Positions 11,706 to 23,780 of a stretch of 64,000 nucleotides of DNA are shown here, piece after piece. The translations under genes were made by a program, and so were the position numbers. The notes under the pieces were generated by a model, which ran no database searches, had not been told where the DNA came from, and was given only the letters and a program-made list of their open reading frames with translations. Position 1 is the first letter of the stretch. Every line of letters begins with the position of its first letter. The stretch spans positions 105,612,059 through 105,676,058 of the forward strand of contig NC_068987.1 of the NCBI RefSeq assembly GCF_001194135.2. The letters are read 5' to 3'. This DNA comes from Octopus bimaculoides. Lineage: Eukaryota.

Positions 11706-12814
11706 TGTATATATGTCAATATTTCTGTCATTTGTGACTTTATATATATATATATATGTGTATGTATATGTATTTATGTATGTATGTAAGTAAGTATGTG
11801 TGTATGTGTATATAAATACAAACACGCGCAGAAACACACACACACACACATAATATACACACATACATACATACATACATATATACATATATATATCCAT
11901 ATATATCCATATATATATCCGTTTTACTATCTGTATATCTCTATCTTTCTCGCTATCTATCAACCTATATGAAAGCTCTATTATTCGGCTTCTAAAACAA
12001 TTCTTTTCTGTCCTTCTCGAGATTCTTTTACCCCATTATTTATTTATTTTTTTCTACTTCTCGCCGTGTATGTGTGTTTGAGAAACTGTGTTTATATCTG
12101 TTCATTCATGTAAAGTAAACTTGTATGATGTTTCCACACAGAAGTATAACATTCCATACTTTTGCGTACATGCATGAATATATTTATCGCTTGTATCTGA
12201 ACGTTTTGAGAGCATGCGTATTCAACAAAATGCTAATATTTTGCATAGGTTTTGTACGATTTGCGTACCCATGTTAAATGTGCCGACGTGTTACGTGCAA
12301 TGAATGTGAGTATATACATTTCATGACATATTTTCATCACCATTTCGAACTTGGTGGCAATAAAAAAACGATAATAACGTGAAAATGTCACTGGGTAGAG
12401 TATAAGAAAGTGCAGGAAAGTGGTTACTAGATATTTTAGTAACGTGTGCAATTCATGCTGCGTTATTCTCGTCGTATATTTTTCTTCTTGTCTTTCGTGG
12501 CTTGTTCGTGACTTCCATGTTTTTATACAGTCATTTTTTTTCAATACTAAACATTATATAATGGTAGTATTTGCTGATGCTTCAGATCCTGCTTCTCCTT
12601 CTACCTCCCCCCCCCAAAAAAAAACATTTACTGGCGGTGGTAATTGTGGTGGTGGTGGTGGTGCTGCTACTGCTGCTACTAGCGCTATTGCTGTTGCTAT
12701 AGTAACATGCATGCAGGACTCCAAACCGGTATAGATATAATATGCATACATGCATAAACCAATACGTAACCACCCTCTTCTGCCCACACAGACATATATT
12801 ACATAGACATATAG

Positions 12815-12871
<57 letters not shown>

Positions 12872-12902
12872 ATATATATATATATATATAGATAATACTT
12901 GG

Positions 12903-13092
12903 ACTAAAATTCGAGGGGGCTAGTCGATTACATCGACCCCAGTGATTCACTGGTACTTAATTCATCATCAACCCCGAAAAGACGAATAGCAAAGCTGACC
13001 TCGGCAGAATTTGAACTCGGAACGTAACGACGGGTGAAATACCGATAAGCGTTCTGCCCGGCGTGCTAACGATTCTGCCAGCTCGCCGCCTT
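12903..13092 (-). mobile_element. tRNA-derived SINE, family 1
   Basis: Minus-strand head aaggcggcgagctggcagaatcgttagcacgccggg and B-box-like ccgagttcaaattc; many copies in the window. Confidence 0.9.
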
Positions 13093-13105
13093 ATTGTAGA
13101 TATAA

Positions 13106-13287
13106 CCTTTCTATTATAGGCACAAGGACTGAAATTTGAGGGAGGTGGGGGAGGGCCGTCGATTAGATCGGCCCCAGTACCCCACTGGTATTTGATTTAT
13201 CGACCTCGAAAGGATGAAAGGCAAAGTCGACCTCGGCGGAATTTGAACGCGGAACATAGCGACGGGCGAAATACTGCTAAGCATTTC
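13106..13287 (-). mobile_element. SINE family 1, 5'-truncated, tandem to the previous copy
   Basis: Homology to the other family 1 copies, including the tail gtccttgtgcctataatagaaagg. Confidence 0.88.
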
Positions 13288-13331
13288 TGTAAACATACCC
13301 ACACACACACACACACATATATATAACTACA

Positions 13332-13615
13332 TGTGGTTGGAAATCAAACTTCTTATCACACAGCTGTCTGTGTTTATGCGTGTGTGTGTGTGTGTGTGTG
13401 TGTGCGTGTGTGCGTGCGTGCGTGCGCGCGTGCCTGTGCGCGTATACCCTCACTCACGATAGGCTTCCACGCTGATTCTGTCTACGAAATTTCACTGAAG
13501 CCATTTATAAATTCGAAACTAAAGTGGAAAGCTCTTTCCCAGTGTGATACGCAGTGCAACCGAACCAAGATCCACACGGTCACGTAGGAATCGTTTTTGA
13601 ACCTACAGCCATACC
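13332..13615 (-). mobile_element. Degenerate SINE family 3 fragments flanking a (GT/GC)n tract
   Basis: gtggttggaaatcaaacttcttatcacacagc and ctgtctacgaaatttcactg match family 3. Confidence 0.6.
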
Positions 13616-15751
13616 TTTTCCAATATTACTGGTATGTATTGTATTAATCTACAGCTCAGTGGTGGTGTCTACTATACTTTGTCCAATGGGACTGTGGATT
13701 CATGTCAAGCCATATGAGCTTTTCTCTGGTTAGAAAATAAGAAGGGATACAGAGTACTACAATTTGTTAAAGATTTACGAACGTAGTCATATTTTACCCA
13801 AATAATATTTTAGATTATGTCATCGATTTCGTTCCATACTTAAGATTGTATGTTTTTAAGGTGAAGTATCATAGATAATGACTCTCAAAGAAGATATTAC
13901 AAGAGTATAACGAGCTCCATACTTTCCAGAAATGTTGTATTCTAACTCGGCATATTCAATACAAGCCATTTGAATTTTTGCTCCTCGAAAGAATCAAATG
14001 TTTCAAGCAGAATGCAATTTCAAAGGAGATATAAATTTCATGTTTCTCTATAAATTTCCAACCGTTTTAGGAGTTTAAGAAAAAACGTGGAATTTCTGCG
14101 GTTACTGTTCGGAAACATGTAAATATAAGAAACATGAAGAAATATGTATACGTAACGTTTCTATGTGGCGTTTCTGTGTATGGGTATGTTCCACACATTC
14201 ATATATTACATATACAGAAGTATGAATTCGTGCATGCGTATATACATGCAAACTCAATATTAATAATGAAATCCTGTTTCTAGATGTAAATATTGTATAG
14301 ATTAATAATAATCTAAAATCTTGTTTCACTCAACGAATAGCTATACATATCTAATAATCATTCAAATATATATAATAAACAGAAATGTGAGGTCTCAATA
14401 CGTACAAATTATCGGTCATAAAATCCCACTTAAAAGTGATCATAAAAACTCAGATTTTAAATACCTGTTTCAATACATAGAAATGAATATAACAGAAGAT
14501 AACCTCATCCATAATAGATATTCTAACAGGATAAAATATGTTTTTTGTAAAAATTACTCGAGTATTTATATAGATAAACATAAAATAGAATGCTTGTTAA
14601 GATAAATACGAATGAAACTGATAAATGCAGGGAGTTTACTGTCCATTGAAACCTACCTCTGCTATATTAAGTGCATAGAAATGATAAAAGATATTTTTAG
14701 CAAAAATTATTTAATATCGTTATTAAGCATAAGATCTAGATGCAAACGCAATCTTGTAATTTATAACGATAATACACAAAACTTTACTACATGTAATATA
14801 CACTAAGAGGTTAAATTTGGATAAAATTTTACATGTCACTTATGGAATGTTTAAATTTTAATGACGCTCACAGACGTTGCAAAACTTCATATCATATTAA
14901 TAATATAAGTGACACTGGACATGACATTTTCTGTTGAATTCTTGGAAAAAGTCTCTACTCCAACAATATAATTATGTGTTACGAGTTTCTATGTAGTCAC
15001 TCTATATGCCGGATACAGCTTTCAACCGTTTCATATTACACCCTTATGTCTTGAAACGAATAGATGAGATGGTCTTTGTGGGAACGCCTTTGAAGACAAG
15101 CCTGCTCGATTAGAACTGATCTAGGGTCTACAACAACACCAACAACAACACATTGTCATTTACCTAATACATAAATATCGTTGCAACGAGCTCCCCTCCT
15201 CTAACTGGTCTCTTTTTCTACAAGAAATAACAAACAGATCAGCATCAATCGCATCCTTTGCCCGTATCCAAAGAACACAATGGTATCATGGTTCCTAATA
15301 TACAAAAAGATGAAATAGTTACATGATGAACGCTTCTGTACATAAATCTTTCTCTGTCTCTCTCCCTGTCTTTTTCTCCCTGTCTCTCTCATTCTTTCAC
15401 TCTATCACTCACATCCATATTCACAAGTTTGAATATGATTTTAAAATTTCGACGGTGGAAAATTCCCAAGCAGGAAAGAATATAGGAGAATTCACCAGAA
15501 ACTCAAAACGTGTATTCTTTTCTAAATTTTGTAATATATTTGTTCAAATACCAACGGTTTCGACAATTCTTTTACTCATCAATGGTACAAATATATAAAG
15601 AAAGGGGTTTGGAGAGTTTAAAGTTACAAAATAAAAATCGGACAAATGTTTAAACGATCAAATGTTCAGAGAAACTTCAATGAGTTTCACAGGCATAAGC
15701 ATAAATATTCTATATTGATCATAACAAATGCACATTATTGAAAGTTCTTCC

Positions 15752-15809
<58 letters not shown>

Positions 15810-16009
15810 GGTGCCTATTTGTGTTTGTGAATAGCGGGAGTTATGCATAAAATATGTATACCGCGTCATATTAATATAAAGGTATATATAAATATATCTT
15901 TAGGATTGGAAATTAGGCTTACAATGAGAGCTGATCGACTAGTTTCTTCTTTCATATGACTCATCAGAAATCGCTTAATCTGCTTACCAAACTATCAATG
16001 TGACACATG

Positions 16010-16215
16010 TTAGAATAGTGATAGAAGTGTGGTGATTGGAGTGCTATGGGAGAATACAGTGATAGAAGTGCAATATAGATATGACTAGTACAGTGATTGA
16101 AAGACAGTGCGATGTTATAGAAGCATAATGCTATATGTGTAGAGACATACGAGCAATGAGGGATATGTAGTGACAGAAGTGCAGTGACTGAAGTCCAGTG
16201 ACAAACGTGCAATAA
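16010..16215. repeat. Degenerate ~14-bp minisatellite (cagtgatagaagtg-like)
   Basis: The agtgatagaagtg / agtgacagaagtg / agtgactgaagtc motif recurs at least five times. Confidence 0.55.
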
Positions 16216-17140
16216 TTGAAACGGTGTAACAGACAGGCTGTATAGAGAAGAACTTGCAATGCTGTGATGAAAGTCTAATGCAGTAACATAAGCGAAACAT
16301 AGTCACAGACATGCAGTGCAGTTAACGATGTACATCTACATACTCAGAAATGCCACCCATGAGAGAAAGAAAAAAAAAAGTAGAATAAAACAGAATTGAG
16401 GAAAATCGAAACATTTAAGTAGGTAAAACTGATTTTGGAAAGTCAGCGCTGTCACAGAGTTTTTCAGTTGAGTGACTCAAGCCTTGCTTCAGGCTATCAC
16501 ACAGCTGTGCAGTACTATAGAATGCTATTGATTCCTGATTTCCTGTAGTATCAGTATGAGAGAGCCTGGTTGATTCCATTTTAATCGAAAAAGGGGAAAT
16601 GAAGTAGGTCATATGTATGCGTGTGTATGTGTGTATGTATGTATATATATATATATATGTNNNNNNNNNNNNNNNNNNNNNNNNNNNNNNNNNNNNNNNN
16701 NNNNNNNNNNNNNNNNNNNNNNNNNNNNNNNNNNNNNNNNNNNNNNNNNNNNNNNNNNNNNNNNNNNNNNNNNNNNNNNNNNNNNNNNNNNNNNNNNNNN
16801 NNNNNNNNNNNNNNNNNNNNNNNNNNNNNNNNNNNNNNNNNNNNNNNNNNNNNNNNNNNNNNNNNNNNNNNNNNNNNNNNNNNNNNNNNNNNNNNNNNNN
16901 NNNNNNNNNNNNNNNNNNNNNNNNNNNNNNNNNNNNNNNNNNNNNNNNNNNNNNNNNNNNNNNNNNNNNNNNNNNNNNNNNNNNNNNNNNNNNNNNNNNN
17001 NNNNNNNNNNNNNNNNNNNNNNNNNNNNNNNNNNNNNNNNNNNNNNNNNNNNNNNNNNNNNNNNNNNNNNNNNNNNNNNNNNNNNNNNNNTATATACATA
17101 CATATGAATATATATATACATACATATACATCATATATAT

Positions 17141-17179
<39 letters not shown>

Positions 17180-18699
17180 GTGTTCATATTCCATAAATTC
17201 ATCAGGATTTACAGCCATGTTTGTTGGCCTATATTTATAAACGGGAGAAATAATTCCATGCGAAGTGACGTTATTAGTGTTGCTGGCGTTGTTTCTGTTA
17301 TTGATGTTTAACCCGAGGTCATCAGTGATCGAACAAATGTATGATTGAATGCGTTCTGGCAGTGATCATTCCGCTTTTTTTTCTTACCAGTCCTAGCGCG
17401 TCTTCTAATTCTGAGACGATAGGGTTGGGTTTGAGCGGGATTCGACTTCTTTTTCGAGCAACAAAATCTTTTATTGTGAAGTTTTATTGTGAATACGTGC
17501 GTGACCGAGTTGTAAGGATGTTGGACTTAGGGTCACAAGAACATTGATTCCATTCCTGATCGGGCGGCGCGTTGTTTTTCTGCAATGTACATAATTTACG
17601 TTAGTTTACCAGTCAACTACTGGTGCAACCGTCTCTTCATTCAGTTGCTAAATCTTAGGTCAGGCATCTTAGATAACCATCTCGGGAATCGAACCGCAGG
17701 AGACACGGCACGTCATCTGCCTGGCTCTACTACAAAACAATTCAAAATAATTTTTTTAAGCATGCCATAACAGAAAGTCACGTGGGCCACATTTTTGCCA
17801 ATGGCTTTCTTAGATGTTCTGCTGGGTCAAGGGCGAAAATGTCGATAGGACGTCTATATCTACTTGCGACTACATAGACACCTTCAAGGTGCTACTGTTG
17901 TTATTGACGTTGACACCAGAATCTGGTAGGTAAGAAGGCGAGCTGGCAGGGTCATTAGAACGTCTATGCTGATGGGAACACGGATGTTGTTACGTAAGTA
18001 TAACGTTAATGTTCGAAACTGCAGCAGTCCATAGGTAATTCTTTATTCTGTATATCTCTCATTTTGTCCTGTTCTGGCGTTTTGCGAAATTTTTCTGGAG
18101 AACATTATTTTACTTTGTGGTTGGGTCGTTGATGACCTCTTTCTAGCATATTGTATGTCCACCTAGTGGTCATCCCTTATACACGTGTAATATATATATA
18201 TATATATATGAAAAAAATGCATTAAATTCTACAAAATGTACATGTAGGACAGACACAGAAGGACCTTAATTCTTCATCAGTTATGGACCAAAATACTAAT
18301 ACTCTGTTTTAGGCCTTTAATGATAAGACTGAGAACTTCGTACATTGGCGGCACCCGTAAAATTTGCGGAGAATTGGGGTTCGAGCAAACAAAACAATAT
18401 AGGGTGGACGTACGAAAGTAGACAAATGTAATTTGAAACGATAGACGAAGAGGGAATAAATGCAGCCTTTCGGCCAAGCACGAGAGTAATGGGTAACGCC
18501 TAGAAGAAATCCTCAATGGATATAGAAAAAGAAATTGCAAGAGTGGAGAAACTGTTGGACGCCAGGCTAAGCGTCCGGTGGAGAAAAAGCAGAGAGATGA
18601 GAAAAATTAGTTACAGGTCACGTGTGGGCAGTAGATAGAAGGGAAAGAGGATGAGAGAGAGTACGCCAGAGAGAAGAGAGGAAGAAAGAAGGGAGAAAG

Positions 18700-18751
<52 letters not shown>

Positions 18752-18823
18752 TATATATATATATATATATATATAAACAATATATGAGTATATGCATATA
18801 TATGTACGTGTATGTATATACGT

Positions 18824-19015
18824 TCATCCACATGTACATATAGATACATAACTGGGTACATGACGTGGCAAAAGAACAAGGACAAACATGGTAAACAAGG
18901 TGCAACAAACAAGCAGGCCACATAGAAACATCCCCTTACGAAACATAGACACAGCCACGTTGTGATTCAGCAATAATGGTCGTCGTTGCGGAAGGTCGTC
19001 TTCATTGTTGTACAT
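18824..19015 (-). CDS. Candidate first coding exon of a type II membrane protein (unverified)
   Basis: ATG in CAAAATG context. MYNNEDDLPQRRPLLLNHNVAVSMFRK is followed by a 22-aa hydrophobic stretch (GMFLCGLLVCCTLFTMFVLVLL). Upstream sequence is triplet-rich and UTR-like. No recognisable homolog, and the splice donor is ambiguous. Confidence 0.3.
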   Translation of the reverse strand: MYNNEDDLPQRRPLLLNHNVAVSMFRKGMFLCGLLVCCTLFTMFVLVLLPRHVPSYVSICTCG

Positions 19016-19599
19016 TTTGTTTTTGTTATTGGAGTATTATTGTATTACTTTTACTGTCGCTCTGCATGCAGTAGTGTTAGTAGAAGTAGTAGTAGTTTTA
19101 GTAGTAAAGTAGTAGCAGCAGCAGCAGCAGCCATAACTGCGGTGTTGGTAATTGTGGGGTAGTAATAGTAGTAAATGGAGTAGTAGTAGCAGCACATCAG
19201 CAGTAGTGGTGGTGGTGGTGGTGATTACTTGTTGTATTAGCGTTGTGGTATTTGAGAAAACCCAGATTTGTTCCGCTTGAATAAACCTGCCAAAGATAAT
19301 GGAAAAGCCGATCGAAGACATTGTTTGTATGGTCGTTATAGTCGTGGTGGTCATCTCGTCATGTCTTTATTGTGGCTACACACTGGGAAGATTTTAGGAA
19401 TTAAAATATAAGAATTCATATTTAAATATGGCAGACAAGACTGCTAAGTGAAAGAAGGATATAAAGAGAGAGAGAGAGAGAGAGGGAGGGAGAGAGAGAA
19501 TGAGTGAGTGAGAAAGAGATAACGAGATTACTCTCTATTCGTCGGACTGTCTCTCTGCTATACATACATACATACATACATACATACATACATACATAC

Positions 19600-20868
19600 T
19601 TGACTTGTCTGTAGAGGAAATCCGCTCCATAGATATCAAAACTCGTAAAATCCTGACAGCAACTGGGAACTTCCACAGAAACAGTGATGTTGACAGGCTC
19701 CACCTTAAAAGAAATGAAGGTGGTAGAGGCCTGAGATCAATGCAGACGGCCTTCGAATACCATATGGTATCATTCAGGCAGCACCTGCTAAACAAAAGCC
19801 GCAAAAATAAATATATAGATGCAGTCCTGAAAAGTGAGGTGAGCAACATTGTACAAGTTGGCAGTGAGCTTCCTCAAGAACCACTCTCTTACTGAAGATC
19901 TCGTATTACAGCTGGATTCTCTTACCTCAAATAAGACCTGGATGGAAAGCACTCAGCGTACTAAAAAAAAAAGAAAAAGACTATGCATGGTTATGTTGTC
20001 CGGAAGCTTGAAAAGACAGTAGAATTGAAAGGAAGCGCAGCCTCTCTTGGAAAGGGAGACCACTACATCACACTCTGGGGGCTATGCGTTTGCAATCCAG
20101 GAACAGGAGATTGCTACAAAGTACCTAGTGAACAAGATACACATTGACGCTCTTGTAATCCCAAGATGCAACCGCATGTGTAGGCTGTGTCATGTTTTTG
20201 TGGAAGACATCACGCATGTGATTAGCAGCTGTCCTAAAATGTCGTCTCGGTACTACCTCTCTATGCCGCACGATGTTGTTGCTAAAACAATTTACAATGC
20301 GATCTGCAAAAAAGACTGTCCTGAAATAAACTTAGAAAATCCCTCTGTTATGGGATACATTCAAAAACACCAACTCAAGGAATACTGGTGGAATATTCCC
20401 ATCAAAACTCCAGTCAAATGTAACCATAACAGGCCGGATATTGTTGTTTGGGACTGAGAGGCAAAGGTATGTACCATCAGAGAGGTCAGCCGCCCTGCAG
20501 ATACAAATATCTCTTTGAAAATCGAAGAAAAAGAGGATATCTAAGGACAACTGCTTCGAAACCTCCAGCTTTTATATCCAGACTATGAATTCATATTCAT
20601 ACCGATAATAATTGAAGCACTAGGTTTTGTTAGTAAATGCTTAATGGAGACACTGGATAAACTAGGATTTTTAGAAATAGAAATCGACCTGCTAAGTCTT
20701 ACATAACAAATATAATCTGTGAGTGGAACAGTAAAAATATGCAAGACTTTTCTCAAGTTTCAAATTTGTCTGTGTTAACTACATCCCAAAGACGGAGCCT
20801 TGTATCTTTGTTGGAAACCAGCTCCCTCCTCAGTGGAAGATTTATAATAATTATAAAAAAAGGAAGAG
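19600..20868 (+). mobile_element. RLE-type (R4/Dong-like) LINE, 5'-truncated, flanked by (TACA)n on both sides
   Basis: TRKILTATGNFHRNSDVDRLHLKRNEGGRGL (RT end), CCHC knuckle CRLC...HVISSC, RLE motif RPDIVVWD. Stops and frameshifts. (TACA)n at 19560-19599 and 20870-20903. Confidence 0.9.
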
Positions 20869-20926
20869 ACACATACATACATACATACATACATACATAC
20901 ATACAATATATTAGTTCGTTGACTGT

Positions 20927-21025
20927 ACATGACTGTGTTAACTACATCCCAAAGATAGAGACTTGTATCTTTGTTGGAAACGGGTTCCCTCCTCAGTGGA
21001 AGATTTATGTTAATAAAAAATAGAA
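20927..21025 (+). repeat. Second copy of the 3' UTR of the preceding LINE
   Basis: tgttaactacatcccaaaga...cctcctcagtggaagattta occurs at 20773-20845 and again at 20937-21007. Confidence 0.85.
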
Positions 21026-21148
21026 CACACACACACACACACACACGCACACATTTCCCACAGATAATAGGATTTGATTTCTTTAGCATTATCTATCTAT
21101 CTATCATTATATATATACACGTATATACACAGATACACACACACACGC

Positions 21149-21180
<32 letters not shown>

Positions 21181-21314
21181 ATCTGTGTGTGTGTGTGTGT
21201 GTGTGTGTTTGTGTGTGCGTGCGTGTGCGTGTGTGTGCGTGCGTGCGTGCGTGTGTGTGTATATTATATTAACAATTAACGACAGAAGCAACCTTTGTAA
21301 CAGATATTAATTAA

Positions 21315-21873
21315 CAAATCCAGCCGAAACTTGGATGTGTTCTTTATAATGTCTAGGACTGCGGTCGACGTCCTGAAAAGTCATCACGTGTAGACAACGA
21401 ATGCTAAAAATCGGTTGACGATAATTCGTCACCATCGAATTATGACATCGTTGTATCATCTGATTTCACCGTATAACGGATCGTCAGTAACAGTCAACCA
21501 AATACCAAATGCCAGACCGTAGCACCAGCAAAACAGCTAGAGGTGTCATGAAATGTTAGCGGGCTGTGTATAAGTTAGTTATGGCAACTGTAGAAGCCCT
21601 CGTAACGAATATTAATTAGCACATTCAACCTAAGTTGGGTATGTTATCTATAAATGCCTAAGCAATCATCTCATGTACATGACAAATGCAAAACACACAA
21701 TTAACTGGTTGACGATCATGTGATACAACAGTACCTTCCGCGGGTGCTGTCGAAATATCGTTAACCGATATTATCTGTGTTATTTAGCATTTGTTGTCTA
21801 CACGAGATGATTTCTCAGGACGTTTACCGCAGTCCTAGGCGTTATAAACAACATCTAGTTCGGGTTGGATGTT
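21315..21873. mobile_element. ~560-bp foldback element with ~150-bp inverted arms, TTAA/TA at both ends, hammerhead motif at 21448-21494 (-)
   Basis: ctaggactgcggtcgacgtcctgaaaagtcatcacgtgtagacaacgaatgctaaa (21354-21409) versus the reverse complement of 21783-21838. Homology extends outward to the ends and inward to about 21470/21710. Confidence 0.85.
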
Positions 21874-22879
21874 TTAATATATATATATATATATTGTTAT
21901 TTTTTATTCTTTTACTGGTTTCAATCATTAGACTGCGGCCATCTTGGGCATTACGAGGAAGATTATAGTCGATCGTATCAATTCTAATAACTACTTCAAT
22001 GTTGTACGTATTTGGTATATATACGATAGCACAGATTTCGACTTCAAAATCTACTCATTCACACGATATTTCTGAGGAAATATCTTGTGATATTTTTATT
22101 CTAGGCACCAAAGTCGATTATTTTTGCGAATTTATGGAAAACATTAGGTTCCGTGTTTATATTTTTGCAGCCATGCTTCTTTTTCTTTTCTGCTCTCTCC
22201 TTGTAGTAAGATTGTATTCAAAGAGTGTAATTTTTAAGTAGGATATTTTACTGTGCCCGATTTGTTCATATTAAACAATTTGAAAACTTTATTTCTTCTC
22301 TCATCATAGTAAGAATTATACATATGTTGATATTTCTATGTGGTATAAATGAATGCAACATTGCATTATTAACATAAGTTACTTCAACTTCATATCTTCG
22401 TCTTGCATAGAGAGACTTTCGCACCAGTTTTGTTTAAATAACATTTTTCGAATTGATTTCGATCGAACCTTGTTAGAAATTCACTTTGGCTAGATTTGAG
22501 TATTTCATGTGATATACATGGATAGTGGATCCTTTGCATATCGCATCGTTAGTCCTAATATGCCATAGTGAGGGAGAACCAGGCGTTTGGCTTCGCAGTA
22601 ATAATAAGTTTTATATTATTTGTGAACTAGAGAACTAAAATATCGTTGCCCCGAGTTGGATGAAATATTCGTGACATGAAAATGACCTAAGTGCAGGTTC
22701 TACTTGTTTTCGTTCAGGCAATGGCAGTTTCGAGGAAATGCAGTCCATATGATATCTGAGGTTGGGAATTATGAAGTCGTACAGGAGAAGTGCATTAATA
22801 TATATATTTAAATCGGTTAATATCTTTTCTATCTGAACGAGCCTGTCATGAGATATTTAGTGGATGATTTGTGGTACAT

Positions 22880-22960
22880 ATAGCCAATTTGCTGGCTATA
22901 GGCATTTCGCTACCTGATGTGACCTTAGCGTATGATTCTATGATGGCCAACTTGTATATC
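22880..22960. repeat. ~80-bp direct repeat, copy 1 (copy 2 at 23760-23840)
   Basis: atagccaatttgctggctataggcatt...tctatgatggccaacttgtat is present in both copies. Confidence 0.85.
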
Positions 22961-23363
22961 ATATTGTAATTTGTTATAATAAGTTGGTTACTATGCATGT
23001 TTTAGTACTACGACAGAACTAGAGTTCTGACCTCTGTACAGGTAATATAACAACTATACGAATCTTTCTGTCTTGTAAAATGAATGACGTCACATACCGG
23101 CGCAGATACGGAGAACAAGGCAACGCCCTTGCCTTTTATGCTTTCAGGACCTCTGTGACCGGTAAGATGAAAAGAATGTATCCTCAAACTAGAGATCTGG
23201 TCCGAATGTATATAACAGACTGGACATCCTTGAAGACACCAAGGAAGCAGGTAGTGGTGTTAGACTTGACGGTAGATTAAACCTTACACCCAATTATTCA
23301 AAACGCTAAGAGCTGGAACATGCAATACCACAACGCTTCTCATACGACGATATGACGATGGCG

Positions 23364-23510
23364 TCAGTCCACTGCCCAGTACAAGTAATTTAGGTTAACG
23401 ACACCGAAAGTGTGAAAGGCAAAGTTGATCTCTATAGCAATTGGATATGGAACACAGAGAATTGGGACAAATACTGCGAAGCATTTTGTCCTACGACCTG
23501 ACGATACTGG
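23364..23510 (-). mobile_element. Degenerate SINE family 1
   Basis: ccgaaagtgtgaaaggcaaagttgatctc and gcgaagcattttgtcc match family 1. Confidence 0.6.
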
Positions 23511-23514
23511 CAAT

Positions 23515-23780
23515 TCTCTGTTTGTAGCTAATTTGCTATTATCAGTCAACTTACCATCTATTGTTAATTTTCTGCAAATAGTCAATTCGCCACCTATAAT
23601 CAATTCTCCGCCAGTAGCCAATTTGTGGCCTACAACCAATTCACCGTCAGTAGCTAATTCTTTACCAATAACCAATTCGCCGTCTATAGTCTATTCATCA
23701 CCAATAGCCAAATTCTCTGCCAATAACTTAAGTCTCCACAAATAGCTAATTTTTCGCTAATAGCCAATTTGCTGGCTATA
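23515..23780. repeat. 18-bp degenerate minisatellite, about 14 units
   Basis: Unit about ccaattcgccgtcaatag; it gives six-residue periodicity in ORFs on both strands (GELxIG / NSPPIx). Confidence 0.8.

Noticed and set aside
17388-17579. 192-nt minus-strand segment with good acceptor and donor (ttgcag| ... CTG|gtaaga)
   Set aside because: All three frames contain stops and there is an internal ~12-bp duplication; not a coding exon.
19299-19397. 32-aa small ORF with a hydrophobic core (MEKPIEDIVCMVVIVVVVISSCLYCGYTLGRF)
   Set aside because: The hydrophobicity derives from GTN triplet repeats; there is no independent support.
23148-23161. 14-nt micro-exon-like site (ctttcag|GACCTCTGTGACCG|gtaaga)
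   Set aside because: Not a multiple of three, there is no gene context, and such sites are expected by chance in 64 kb.
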